DNA from: an uncultured Planctomycetales bacterium
GTDB taxonomy: Bacteria; Omnitrophota; Gorgyraeia; Gygaellales; JAHJCI01
Reading direction: 5' to 3'
NCBI GenBank assembly: GCA_964592485.1
Contig: CAZQEY010000001.1
Location: 95,935 to 159,934, forward strand
DNA: 64,000 nt
Shown: positions 40,210-50,500 of the stretch, piece by piece
How positions within the stretch are numbered: position 1 is the first letter of the stretch
How the letters are laid out: the number at the start of each line of letters is the position of its first letter
Made by a program: the position numbers and the translations under genes
Notes under the pieces: generated by a model
The model's database searches: none
The model's input: only the letters and a program-made list of their open reading frames with translations
What the model was told of the DNA's origin: nothing

Positions 40210-41755
40210 ATATATTTTCTCCCTTATATTGCCCATTTTCCCATAAGCTCTGTATGGCTCTGGTTACGGAAATTACATTTTCTTTAGGAGAAATATTTAC
40301 TAATTTCTTATAGCTACTATCGACATATCCTTGGAAACTGAACTTTTCTAAAGCATAGATAAATGCCCTTACATTCTGAGTATTAACTTTATATCCCTTT
40401 TCTATCTTCGATAAAGCCTCTTTGCAGCTAGACTGAGTCGGAGTATAGAATACCCCTTCGCAACCTCTGTACCATGCGTATCCAAAAATAAGAACTGGCT
40501 TGCCTCTTATTACCGCCTCCCAGCCCACCGTTCCAGTGACTGTGGCGACTGCTTTGGAATTATCAATCAGGTCAAACGATGATACTGAAAGCGACACTAG
40601 TTTTACATTAGGTAGTGAAGCAATATCATCATAAAAATAAAGGGGTCTTGAACGTTCGCCTACTGCATAGGGGCTGAATTGTACTATATGTTCCTTTACA
40701 TACAAACTCCACCCTTTAGGTAACAATTTAGAAAGTAAATCTATCATAAGCAGCTGGTTAACAAAGACTCCTCCATCAGGAGAAGTAGTTTTTTCTGGTT
40801 GATAATGAAGCACAACATAGATATATGGTTTATCAATACAAACCGGCTCTGCCAATTTATTATAACAAGACTTGAGCTTTCGTTTATATTGCTCAGCTTT
40901 AAATTTACACAGCCAGATATATTTAAGATAAGTCATCTTTGAATCATCAAATTTCCTGCCCTTTAGTTTTATATAATTATGTGGCGCAGGCTTATAAATA
41001 AACTGTATATATTTACATAAAGTCCGTAATTTCTTCATAATAATAGTAATGAGATTATTCTCTTTAGCTTTTTGTAAGAATTCATGCTTTATATACGAAG
41101 GGAACGCAATATCATAAGAGCCTAAAACCTTTTTCCAATAATTCTCTGCAATAGGTGACAATGTAAGCTCTAAAGGTTGTCTGCGAGATAGCAGTTCTTT
41201 ATATAAAGATATTACTGGTTCAATCCTATCTTCGAATCTCTCTATCGGATAGAATAGCCCTTCGATGGTTAAGGTTAAAAACGTAACTGTTCTTATTCCT
41301 TGTCTCTTACATAAAATATATAATATATAATCATACACTATATGCGGAGAGGCAGGAAAAACAACAACATCTGGTTGATAATGTTGCAGAACTGAAAGCC
41401 AATACTTAATCTGCAGATGATAAAGTCCTTCTCGCTCCTGATAGGAAAAAGCACAACCAGGATCCATCCTATCAAGCATATTGAATATAGTTGATTCATA
41501 AACTGCTAAATCCTGTAACAATGCTTGATCTAGGGTTGCTAGATTAAGCCCTGAGCAATCATGCGGACTATGCCCTCTGATTGCATCTATGGTATAATGG
41601 AATACTATCTCGGGAAAAGCTCGCTTGACAATACTTTCCAAATCCGGCATGGCAATCCAATAACACGGCTGCCAATCGCTTTCTCTTTTGAGACTCACAG
41701 CCACATCCACCCAAAAGGACTCAGAACACTCGGCAAAGATTGCTTTAATAGCCAT
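40190..41755 (-). CDS. Capsule-synthesis (KpsS/KpsC-like) family protein, putative pseudaminate transferase
   Basis: LHYQPE, YVKEH, ATVTGTVGWEA..GKP, WY motifs. Confidence 0.7.
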   Translation of the reverse strand: MAIKAIFAECSESFWVDVAVSLKRESDWQPCYWIAMPDLESIVKRAFPEIVFHYTIDAIRGHSPHDCSGLNLATLDQALLQDLAVYESTIFNMLDRMDPGCAFSYQEREGLYHLQIKYWLSVLQHYQPDVVVFPASPHIVYDYILYILCKRQGIRTVTFLTLTIEGLFYPIERFEDRIEPVISLYKELLSRRQPLELTLSPIAENYWKKVLGSYDIAFPSYIKHEFLQKAKENNLITIIMKKLRTLCKYIQFIYKPAPHNYIKLKGRKFDDSKMTYLKYIWLCKFKAEQYKRKLKSCYNKLAEPVCIDKPYIYVVLHYQPEKTTSPDGGVFVNQLLMIDLLSKLLPKGWSLYVKEHIVQFSPYAVGERSRPLYFYDDIASLPNVKLVSLSVSSFDLIDNSKAVATVTGTVGWEAVIRGKPVLIFGYAWYRGCEGVFYTPTQSSCKEALSKIEKGYKVNTQNVRAFIYALEKFSFQGYVDSSYKKLVNISPKENVISVTRAIQSLWENGQYKGENIYGERIR

Positions 41756-41804
41756 TTCTAGCCCTCAAATTATTAACCTTTTTAATATGTATATTTGTGT
41801 ATAT

Positions 41805-43673
41805 TTAGTTAACAGTCTGAATGTCTGCCGTATCCATCATAGCAGAAACACGGCTACCCGCCTCCTCATTGACTTTTTGCATATTATATAATGTCCAATA
41901 AGTTCCTTTTTTAGCAAGAAGCTCTTCGTGTTTACCTTCTTCCGCAACACTACCCTCATCTATTACAATTATTTTATCTGCGTTTTGAATGGTTGATAAT
42001 CTGTGTGCGATCACGATAACTGTATGGCCTTTTAAAATGTTGTTAATCGCTTTTTGAACCAACGCTTCAGATACATTGTCCAATGAAGCAGTAGCCTCAT
42101 CGAGAATTATTATCTGGGGATTCCTCAAGACCGCCCGAGCAATTGCCACTCTCTGCTGCTCTCCCCCAGACAATTTCACACCCCTATCGCCTACGACAGT
42201 ATCATAACCCTGAGGTAGATTACTAATGAACTCATGGGCATTGGCTATTTTTGCAGCATTTACAATATCGCTTTCACTATAATTTTCCAAACCGAAGACT
42301 ATATTTTCGTTTATGGTTGCATTATAAATAAACACATCCTGATCAACAAATCCTATCTTGCTTAACCAGGAAGAGGTATCAAATTCTTCCAAATCTTGAC
42401 CATCAACCATAATCTTACCCGCTTCCGGAGCAAATAAACGTAGAAGTAAATGTACAATTGTAGACTTACCAGAGCCTGATTTGCCAACAATAGCTGTCAT
42501 TTTACCTTTCTCAAATGATACATATGTGCCCTTTAAAAGCTCTACTCTGGCCTTGTGAGAAAAATGAACATTCTTAAATTCTATAGCATTTTTTAGTGTT
42601 CGGAATTCCTTGCTACCTCCAATTATTGTCTGGTTTTTTACGTTTAGTGTAGCATATACTATCTCTACATGAGGGAGAGCCTGGAATATCCGCATCTTCT
42701 GCATTCCTAATGATGTCAATTTAGGTAGTAAATTTAGGATAGCAAATGCCAAGGCACCAAAAACCGGTAAAATAGTCACAAAGCTATCAGGATGACGCAT
42801 ACGTATAACTATGGATACTACCCCGAGGCAAAGATAAAACATCATACGCAATAAAACTTGAGGAAAATTTTGCCATAATTGTGCCTTTTTATAATGATAA
42901 TAATGTCTGTCTATAGCTGTTGCAATTTTTGACATTAAACTATTATAGAATCCATTGACTTTTATTGAACGGATTCCGGTAATAGACTCATTCAAAATAA
43001 CATTATAATCCTGGCGGGATGCTTTTATCTGTTGACCGCAAAGATACAAATGTCTATACCCAATATACTGAGTAAAAACGTGATATGCTACGCCCAAACT
43101 CACTAGAACAACGGCTCCTTTCGGGGTTATCACAAACACTACACATAACAAGGATAACAAAAGTACTGCATCAGAAATAATAGTCATAATTGAAAAATAC
43201 AATGAAATGAGATGCTCTGGAGCTTCTCCTGCTCTATAAATTAAATCTCCCTGTTTATGATCAAGAAAATACTGATAATCCGCATTTACGAACTTACGAA
43301 ATATTGCCAATCTAGCCCTTGTTATTATCCTGGTTATAAGGGTTGCTCGAATTATAATCTCAGTATACATAAAAATACAGAATAGAGTGGAAACTGCCAA
43401 AAAGAATACACAAGCTGCAATGAACTTATCATCTATAGGAATATATGAAATAATAAACTCATTGAACCGAGTAAACATATTCCCTTGAGCATCTTGGACC
43501 CCAAGTCCCCAATTTAATATTGTGTATACTAATGCAACATTAAGCATCCCAAGTCCACCAATCAACAAAGAGTTTGATAACAAAACAAAAGCCAGCAACA
43601 GATGTTGTTTTAAGAAATACCAAATTACCTTTAACTTAGGATATTGCTGTGTGTTTTTGACATTATCACTCAT
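41805..43673 (-). CDS. ABC exporter, fused TMD-NBD (MsbA/PglK-like flippase)
   Basis: 6 TM segments, Walker A GKSGSGKST, LSGGEQQR, ILDEAT, IAHRL. Confidence 0.92.
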   Translation of the reverse strand: MSDNVKNTQQYPKLKVIWYFLKQHLLLAFVLLSNSLLIGGLGMLNVALVYTILNWGLGVQDAQGNMFTRFNEFIISYIPIDDKFIAACVFFLAVSTLFCIFMYTEIIIRATLITRIITRARLAIFRKFVNADYQYFLDHKQGDLIYRAGEAPEHLISLYFSIMTIISDAVLLLSLLCVVFVITPKGAVVLVSLGVAYHVFTQYIGYRHLYLCGQQIKASRQDYNVILNESITGIRSIKVNGFYNSLMSKIATAIDRHYYHYKKAQLWQNFPQVLLRMMFYLCLGVVSIVIRMRHPDSFVTILPVFGALAFAILNLLPKLTSLGMQKMRIFQALPHVEIVYATLNVKNQTIIGGSKEFRTLKNAIEFKNVHFSHKARVELLKGTYVSFEKGKMTAIVGKSGSGKSTIVHLLLRLFAPEAGKIMVDGQDLEEFDTSSWLSKIGFVDQDVFIYNATINENIVFGLENYSESDIVNAAKIANAHEFISNLPQGYDTVVGDRGVKLSGGEQQRVAIARAVLRNPQIIILDEATASLDNVSEALVQKAINNILKGHTVIVIAHRLSTIQNADKIIVIDEGSVAEEGKHEELLAKKGTYWTLYNMQKVNEEAGSRVSAMMDTADIQTVN

Positions 43674-43724
43674 GATTATTCCTCAACATATACAAACAAG
43701 ATTCAATATATCAAATCCAATATA

Positions 43725-44750
43725 TCAACTAAACATCCCCCAACTTAAAGGGGTTCCTTTCTTTATATCCTTTTTTGCTATCTTACCCACTATTGATTCT
43801 AAATATTTAGGAGCAAGCCCATATGCAGGTCTGATAGAACTTATATTGTCTTCAGTAAATCTTGCTCCTTTCTGTATATTTTCTATTGCGAATAAAGAAC
43901 GGCGAAAAACCTTACTCTTTTGTTCTTTTTTAGTTAATCCATAATGGACTTCACCTAAGGATTTTTCTACAATCCTTACATTTCCTACAAGTTTTTTTAA
44001 CTCTTCCGGCTCAATTGAGAAAAAGCTATCCGGGCCTTTGTTGCTCTTTGATAAGGTAAAATGTTTTTCTATAATCTCTGCGCCTAAGGTTACAGCAGCA
44101 ATTGATACTCCAATACCTAAGGTGTGGTCCGAGAGGCCTATCGAACATTTAAATTTGTCTCTCATATGGGGAATCGTTTTCAAGTTCATCTCTTCTGGCT
44201 GTGCAGGGTAAGTGCTTACGCATTTTAATAATGTTATATTCTTTGCTCCTGCATCCTTGGCAGTATTTACTGCCTCTTTAATTTCAGAAATAGTTGCCAT
44301 CCCTGTAGATAAAATAAGTGGCTTTTTTGTCTTTGCCATATATTCAATTAGGGGCAAATCAACCAGTTCAAAAGAAGCTATCTTGTGCAAAGACACTCCC
44401 AATTCTTCAAGAAAGTCTACAGCTGTCTTATCAAAAGCCGTAGCAAAAAACAAAATCCCTAAATCGTCTGCTACTTTCTTTAATTTTTTAAACCATTTCC
44501 ACGGCGTATAGGCTTTTTTATATAACTGATATAAAGTCTGACCTCCCCACTGGGGATGTCTTATTCTGAAATATTTATTATCAATATCTATTGTCACGGT
44601 ATCTGGAGTATAAGCTTGAAACTTTACAGCGTCCACACCGCACTCTTTTGCCTTTTTTATAAGTGTAATCGCTCTCTTAAAATTCTGCCCATGATTAGCC
44701 GAGATTTCTGCCACAATAAAACAATTTTTTCTCACCCTATAATCCTTCAT
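43725..44750 (-). CDS. pseI: Pseudaminic acid synthase
   Basis: AEISANH, YTPDT, W.G.TLY.LY, KIASFE, DSFFSIEP, FRRSL. Confidence 0.93.
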   Translation of the reverse strand: MKDYRVRKNCFIVAEISANHGQNFKRAITLIKKAKECGVDAVKFQAYTPDTVTIDIDNKYFRIRHPQWGGQTLYQLYKKAYTPWKWFKKLKKVADDLGILFFATAFDKTAVDFLEELGVSLHKIASFELVDLPLIEYMAKTKKPLILSTGMATISEIKEAVNTAKDAGAKNITLLKCVSTYPAQPEEMNLKTIPHMRDKFKCSIGLSDHTLGIGVSIAAVTLGAEIIEKHFTLSKSNKGPDSFFSIEPEELKKLVGNVRIVEKSLGEVHYGLTKKEQKSKVFRRSLFAIENIQKGARFTEDNISSIRPAYGLAPKYLESIVGKIAKKDIKKGTPLSWGMFS

Positions 44751-46252
44751 TTGACTTTTTTAAATTTAAAAACAGTTGTCTGTCTATCGGCCTTGGACAG
44801 ATTATGCGAAAATACATAACCCGCCTTTTGAAATGCTTTCTTAGAAACAATATTTTCACTAACCACTTCTGCTATTATCTCTTTAATTTTAGGTTTTTCT
44901 TTCATAAAAGCCTCTGTTGCCAGCTTGATAATCCGATTGCCGAATCCTTTACCAAAGAATGCCGGATTCAGATTTACATTTATATAAGCCTGCCTGTCTG
45001 CGTTTGACTCAAATCTCACCTGTCCAACCTTGCCTATTTCTTTATTTACCGCAATATATATACGAGATTGCTTGCTTTGAATTTTTTTATCAAACCATTC
45101 TTTATGACTGTCATATTCTATTCTGTCTGGACTAAAACTCCATTTTCGTACTTCAGGATGGTTTCTCCAAGACCATAAATCATAGCAATCATCCTGCCCT
45201 GCATTTCTCAATTCAATCTCATGATTTCGAGTCTTCCTGCTTTCCAAGCTAAATTTATCTCTTATTAACGCCTCAACTGTCCTTATGGCACCCCCGCCAT
45301 CTATCAAATCCCTTCCTGCTTTGCTGCATCTAATCCTTTCCCCTTGAGGCATCAGCTTGTCTATGGCCTGGCTCAATCTAAAAAGTAATTCTTTATCTTC
45401 ATACCATCCTGCAGATACAACAAATCCATGCCTCTGCCAACCCTCCAAGTTTCTTTCCTGATTCTTAGCCACACAAATTCCTGCCGTGGGAACCCCCACC
45501 CTGGCAAGTTCAGACAGAGTCTGTCCTCCTGCAGAAATAGCTACATCTGCCTTTAGCATAATTTTTTTAATTTGCTCTGCCTTCGGATAATAAATTAAAT
45601 TAGTATTGCTGTCCGCTTCTGATTTAATTAAATCTATGTTGTTAAAAGACCTCCCTATCGCCACGTTCTTCTTAAGATGGGGATAATGTCCTCTCAGGAA
45701 TCTTAAAATCTTGGGCATCATGTTCCTTATGTCATCCCCACCGAACATAACCAAAATAGTCTCTATGTTTTTTTTTATATTTTTATCGGGAACTTTCCAA
45801 AATTCTTTTCTTAATGGTGCATACCTTACCCCTAACAAATAGGTCAATCCTTTCTTGATGGGATAATCAATTTCCTCCGCACAAATCAAACCGTTGAAAA
45901 CTATGCCCCTTGGATAATTCAGCCTCATATTATCATCGATATAGACCGGGATATCTACTAATTCTGAAATCCTCTTATAAAAATTAAAGTCTGCTAAATA
46001 AGAATCAACGACCACCATAGACCTGCCTTTTATAAAATGAAGTATCCATTCCTTTTCTTTTAGCCAATCAAAAATCTTATATTTTCTGCCTTTCAATAAA
46101 TCTTTAACGCTATCATCTCCATTGACTACAAACTCTGACATAAAGCCTTTTTCTTCAAAGGCCTGAGATAAAGAAATACAGCGGCTCATATGTCCAAATC
46201 CGATATCTTTACCACCTTCGGTAATAATAAATACTTTATTAAATACGAACAT
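44747..46252 (-). CDS. pseG: PseG (NDP-sugar hydrolase)-PseH (GNAT N-acetyltransferase) fusion
   Basis: IGFGHMSRC, VVDSY, AGGQT..E, NQ; C-terminal WRNHPEVR...GQVRF...FQKAGY. Confidence 0.88.
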   Translation of the reverse strand: MFVFNKVFIITEGGKDIGFGHMSRCISLSQAFEEKGFMSEFVVNGDDSVKDLLKGRKYKIFDWLKEKEWILHFIKGRSMVVVDSYLADFNFYKRISELVDIPVYIDDNMRLNYPRGIVFNGLICAEEIDYPIKKGLTYLLGVRYAPLRKEFWKVPDKNIKKNIETILVMFGGDDIRNMMPKILRFLRGHYPHLKKNVAIGRSFNNIDLIKSEADSNTNLIYYPKAEQIKKIMLKADVAISAGGQTLSELARVGVPTAGICVAKNQERNLEGWQRHGFVVSAGWYEDKELLFRLSQAIDKLMPQGERIRCSKAGRDLIDGGGAIRTVEALIRDKFSLESRKTRNHEIELRNAGQDDCYDLWSWRNHPEVRKWSFSPDRIEYDSHKEWFDKKIQSKQSRIYIAVNKEIGKVGQVRFESNADRQAYINVNLNPAFFGKGFGNRIIKLATEAFMKEKPKIKEIIAEVVSENIVSKKAFQKAGYVFSHNLSKADRQTTVFKFKKVK

Positions 46253-46997
46253 TTATTTTTCGTTGTTTAAGAAATTGTTTTATTAATAACGGTGTTATTT
46301 CAGTAAAATGAAAAATGCTTGCTGCCGCTATAGCTGAACTTCCTCCCTTCGCTAAAGCCTCAAATGTATGCTCACAATTCCCCGCCCCACCAGAAGCAAT
46401 CACCGGTATTGATACAGCTCCAGTGACACTACGTATTAACTCTATATCATAACCTTGCATAGTGCCATCTCTGTCTATAGAGGTTAATAAAATTTCACCA
46501 GCCCCCATCGCCTCAACTTGTTTTGCGAACTCTGTTGGCTCTATAGAAGTGAGTTCTGTGCCTGAACGAATGAACACCGCATATTTACCGGTTGATATTT
46601 TTTTTGCATCAATGGAGACCATTATACACTGAGAGCCAAACTTGCCAGCTGCATCTCTAATAATATTTGGGGTAAGAAAGGCGGCACTATTGATCACAAC
46701 TTTATCAGCACCATACTGCAAGAGACGTCTTATATCCACAACCGTTTTTATACCTCCACCGACAGCCAAAGGCATAAAACATTCATCAGCAAAATCATCA
46801 ACTAAACTAAAATCTGGAGGCCTATTTTCTAAAGTAGCTGCGATATCAAGAAAAACTAATTCATCTACCTCCCGCATGTTATATACTTTTACTGCTTGCA
46901 TCAAACTACCCACGCGGCGCCAACTATCAAATTGCACGCCTTTAACAAGGGTAAAATTTTTATAAAGAAGGGTTGGTATAATTCGTGTTTTCACCAT
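46239..46997 (-). CDS. hisF: HisF-like cyclase subunit (WbuZ/AglZ-type)
   Basis: RIIPTLL, DECFMPLAVGGG, SIDRDGT, ASGGAG. Confidence 0.9.
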   Translation of the reverse strand: MVKTRIIPTLLYKNFTLVKGVQFDSWRRVGSLMQAVKVYNMREVDELVFLDIAATLENRPPDFSLVDDFADECFMPLAVGGGIKTVVDIRRLLQYGADKVVINSAAFLTPNIIRDAAGKFGSQCIMVSIDAKKISTGKYAVFIRSGTELTSIEPTEFAKQVEAMGAGEILLTSIDRDGTMQGYDIELIRSVTGAVSIPVIASGGAGNCEHTFEALAKGGSSAIAAASIFHFTEITPLLIKQFLKQRKINVRI

Positions 46998-47012
46998 GAT
47001 TTAAAATCCTTC

Positions 47013-47639
47013 TTAAAGTAACAAAAAATTACGTATTATCTTAAGGCCAAAATGCTGACTCTTTTCTGGATGAAACTGAACACCAAAAATATTCTCTTTG
47101 CAAACTGCGGAAATAAAATATCCACAATAAGGGGTCCTTGCACAAACGTCAATTTCTCGCTTACATATAAAATGATAACTATGTACAAAATAAAAGTCTT
47201 TTCCCGTAGGGATATCTTTAAATAAAGGTGTGGATTGAGTAAAGGCAACTTCATTCCAACCTATATGAGGTATTTTATCAATTGATTGTTTAGACTCCAA
47301 TCTTTTTACCTCCCCCTCAATCCATCCTAAACCCTCAGTTTTTCCTCCTTCGAATCCAGTTGTTGCCAGAAGCTGCATACCCAGACAAATACCAAGTAAT
47401 AGGGTTCGTCTCTCAATAACCTCTTGCCTTAATATCCTATCAATGCCTAACTTACGTATATTAGCCATCCCATCGGCAAAAGCCCCAACTCCCGGGAGGA
47501 TTATCTTATTTGCAGTTTTTAAATCACGGATGTCGTTAGTAAGAATCGGGGTTCCTTCACACTCCTCTACTGCTCGAGCAATAGAATCCAGATTTCCCAT
47601 ACCGTAGTCTACAATTGCCACTTTTTTCATAAATATCAC
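47013..47639 (-). CDS. hisH: HisH-like glutamine amidotransferase subunit (start may be ATG 47630)
   Basis: DYGMGN, GICLGMQ, PHIGWN, FVHSY, QFHPEKS. Confidence 0.9.
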   Translation of the reverse strand: MIFMKKVAIVDYGMGNLDSIARAVEECEGTPILTNDIRDLKTANKIILPGVGAFADGMANIRKLGIDRILRQEVIERRTLLLGICLGMQLLATTGFEGGKTEGLGWIEGEVKRLESKQSIDKIPHIGWNEVAFTQSTPLFKDIPTGKDFYFVHSYHFICKREIDVCARTPYCGYFISAVCKENIFGVQFHPEKSQHFGLKIIRNFLLL

Positions 47640-47659
47640 CGTATATTTAAAAGAGTTTA

Positions 47660-48856
47660 TTAATGGAATACTGACTCAGCTATTACAGCTTTATTAAAAT
47701 TTTCATCCACGTTGTCGTCATTTATCTTTATAAGATTGCCATACTTGTCTTTTACTAAATTCCCTTTAGAGTCAAGCCTGAACAATTTTTTATTAGTAAA
47801 TCTGTCACAGACCCTTACAAATTCCTCAAGTGTCATATCAATATCCTTGAGTATTTCTTCTAAGGAACAACCAAGATACACCCAGGGAAATTTCCCGCCA
47901 TGTTTTTTTACCAGTACCATAGCTTCTTCTCTTGTAAGTCTGCCTCGTCGGATATGTAAACACGCCAAATCAGAAACACGGTCATAACCGTATTTTAAAA
48001 ACTTGAAATAGTCATGTATGCCAACTTGACAGTTATCTAAATTCTCATAATTAACCAATGAATGCTCAACCGTTGTGGGGTAGGTATTAAAACCATACGC
48101 CTGAGCAATTAAGGCATTTCTATAACCATCCCAGGGGAAATAGTAACCAAGAAAAAGGCCTGTGACACCAACCCTCCTTAATTCTTCATTGGAAGGATAT
48201 GTGTACGGAATAAGATGTTTTTGTTCAATGCCTTCTTGGCCAATCCAATCAGATACCCGCAAACCCAAAAGTCCACCGAACTCCTCCAGCCAACGCCGGT
48301 TTAAAATATTATCTTCCGATGCAACTACAGGACCACCATACTCATTCTGGGAATTCTCCCCCCAGATAATCAGCGGAACATTGAATTGGACTGCTATACG
48401 CACAGGAATTGTGAAAATCGAAACATGCTCCGGCCAAGATATATCTCCTATTTGAGTAAGCGCCATTCTGTTGATTTTTCTACGAACTACCGGGTTAGCT
48501 GAAACCTCAATATAATCAACGCCAAGTTTCTTTATATTTTCGATATTGCGCCGTCCTATATCAGACAATTTATCTGTTGTTGCAGTGACACATAAAGGAT
48601 TCATACCCAGCTCCAGCATTTTTATAGTTTGGAAGTGACTATCTTTACCTCCGCTGGATGGAACTATACAGTCATAATTATTACCATTATTGTTACGATA
48701 CCGTTTGAGTATACCGAGTAATTCCTCCTTGCGTTTATTCCAATCGACAGACTTTCTACGTTCGAAACTACGGCAGGCGCAGCATATTCCTTCTTCATCG
48801 AGATAAAGGTCTGGCTTTGTTTCCGGCATTACACAACTTTTACAATAGCGTATCAT
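47660..48856 (-). CDS. N-acetyl sugar amidotransferase (WbuX/PseA family)
   Basis: CKSC..P.TKP, SGGKDS, WGEN, YENLD, KFLKYGY. Confidence 0.92.
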   Translation of the reverse strand: MIRYCKSCVMPETKPDLYLDEEGICCACRSFERRKSVDWNKRKEELLGILKRYRNNNGNNYDCIVPSSGGKDSHFQTIKMLELGMNPLCVTATTDKLSDIGRRNIENIKKLGVDYIEVSANPVVRRKINRMALTQIGDISWPEHVSIFTIPVRIAVQFNVPLIIWGENSQNEYGGPVVASEDNILNRRWLEEFGGLLGLRVSDWIGQEGIEQKHLIPYTYPSNEELRRVGVTGLFLGYYFPWDGYRNALIAQAYGFNTYPTTVEHSLVNYENLDNCQVGIHDYFKFLKYGYDRVSDLACLHIRRGRLTREEAMVLVKKHGGKFPWVYLGCSLEEILKDIDMTLEEFVRVCDRFTNKKLFRLDSKGNLVKDKYGNLIKINDDNVDENFNKAVIAESVFH

Positions 48857-48918
48857 TACATACCTCCTTTTAATATATAGTTAGCCTGATTACTATTTTG
48901 GTCTTTTTACCTAATTTT

Positions 48919-49563
48919 TTAATTTTTCTTTCTAAGTAGAAACATTACATCTATATTATCATTATCTATATACTTATATCGTTTCTCTCTGACTAGTTTT
49001 AAATCATCAAATAAATCCATATACAGCTTTGCATAATCTGCCTTCCAATGCATATTCTTCTTACCTCTATATATAATCTCTGTAAACTTGGGAGCATAGT
49101 ATTCAAATCCCCAAATATATCTACGGGTGGACCTATGGATTTCTTCCATTACCTTCTTTATATCCAATGGATGAATATGTATAAGAACTCCGGAGGTAAA
49201 AACAAGATCAAAGTATTTGTCTTTAAAAGGGATATCAAATGCAGACCCCTTAATTATGTTAATATCTTTAGTCCTTGATTTAGAAAACTCAATTGCATAA
49301 CTATTTATTTCTATGCCGTAGAGATTTTTAAATCCCATTTTTTTAAGCAGAAGTAACTGATTACCTATGTTTGAACCAACCTCTAATATTCTAAGATTCC
49401 GATTGAGTCTTCCGATAACTGCATTATTCATTTCCCTGCGACTAACCCCGCAGTTCTTTCTATACAATTTATCTAACTCACTTAAGCTAAGGGCATTTCT
49501 ATCGGTATATTCCTTGCCAAACCTCCCTGCCCAATTTTTAATCTGGTAAGTTTTTTTAATCAT
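48919..49563 (-). CDS. Pseudaminic acid biosynthesis-associated methyltransferase
   Basis: WAGRFGKEYTDRN, LEVGSNIG, TSGVLIHI, EYY, YRG. Confidence 0.88.
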   Translation of the reverse strand: MIKKTYQIKNWAGRFGKEYTDRNALSLSELDKLYRKNCGVSRREMNNAVIGRLNRNLRILEVGSNIGNQLLLLKKMGFKNLYGIEINSYAIEFSKSRTKDINIIKGSAFDIPFKDKYFDLVFTSGVLIHIHPLDIKKVMEEIHRSTRRYIWGFEYYAPKFTEIIYRGKKNMHWKADYAKLYMDLFDDLKLVREKRYKYIDNDNIDVMFLLRKKN

Positions 49564-49593
49564 TCCTGATCCCTTCCATTTCCTCCTCCAAAA

Positions 49594-50442
49594 CTATGAA
49601 GCCTTATATTTTAAATTAGCTTCTAAAAAGCCTTTTGCCTTTTTTAAATCTTGTAACTCTAATATTCTTATGGCTTCCTTTATCTCTTCATCTAAGGTTA
49701 AGGCTATTTTCTTTTGAACACTCTTTTTATTTATAAGCTTCAACCATGGCTTTTCATTAAACAATTTTATTATATCCTCTGTATTAAAGAACTTATTTTG
49801 AGGATATAAATAATCGAAAACTGAACATAACAAGGCATAATCTTCTTCCGTATCAAGCGTGATTCTTATCTCTGGCGCATAAAGATGTCTTGTTGCTTCA
49901 ACCTGGATTATTTTAAAAATAGTAGGATTTCGATAAATATAAGGTGTAACGTGCTCCCTTTCATAATCTTCGCAAGCATTTTTGTGTGACTTTTCTAAAG
50001 AATCGAAATTAAAAACCTCTACATCAAGACCGCGAGGATAGGTTTTTTTAAAAGAGTTTGTAGCATAATCTACCTCTGCTTGTATGCATTCCTCAATAAT
50101 TAAATCGATAATTTCTGAATCATGGCAAGGACAATCACTAGTGGCCCTTACCACCATATCCAAATTATTCTCTCTAGCAGCCAAATAATACCTAGACAGA
50201 ACATCTTCTTGACTTCCCCTAAAACAAGTTATCTTCTCTTTTTCTGCAATATTAACGATTTTGTTATCGCTTTTTTCAACTGTTGTAGCAACTATAATCT
50301 CATTAAGCTTTTTAGACTGTTTTAACCTTCTAATGACCTGTTCTAAAACAGTTATGCCACTGGCGAAAGGTAGCTCTTTTAAAATTTTTCCAGGTAATCT
50401 TGTTGAGGAAAATCTTGCTTGAACTATCGCTCCTATCTTCAT
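49594..50442 (-). CDS. SpsF-type cytidylyltransferase (probable CMP-Pse synthetase, PseF role)
   Basis: IVQARFSSTRLPGK, RGSQEDVLSRY, TSDCP, REHVT, TLDTEED. Confidence 0.88.
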   Translation of the reverse strand: MKIGAIVQARFSSTRLPGKILKELPFASGITVLEQVIRRLKQSKKLNEIIVATTVEKSDNKIVNIAEKEKITCFRGSQEDVLSRYYLAARENNLDMVVRATSDCPCHDSEIIDLIIEECIQAEVDYATNSFKKTYPRGLDVEVFNFDSLEKSHKNACEDYEREHVTPYIYRNPTIFKIIQVEATRHLYAPEIRITLDTEEDYALLCSVFDYLYPQNKFFNTEDIIKLFNEKPWLKLINKKSVQKKIALTLDEEIKEAIRILELQDLKKAKGFLEANLKYKAS

Positions 50443-50500
50443 AATCTTCTCAATTTTCTATTTAAAAAAGCTATCTAAATCTCCTAAATAGATCTTAAAC

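Noticed and set aside
26989-47639. hisH/hisF pairs as histidine biosynthesis genes
   Set aside because: Each pair is adjacent to a WbuX-type amidotransferase and no other his genes are present; these are glycan ammonia-supply paralogues
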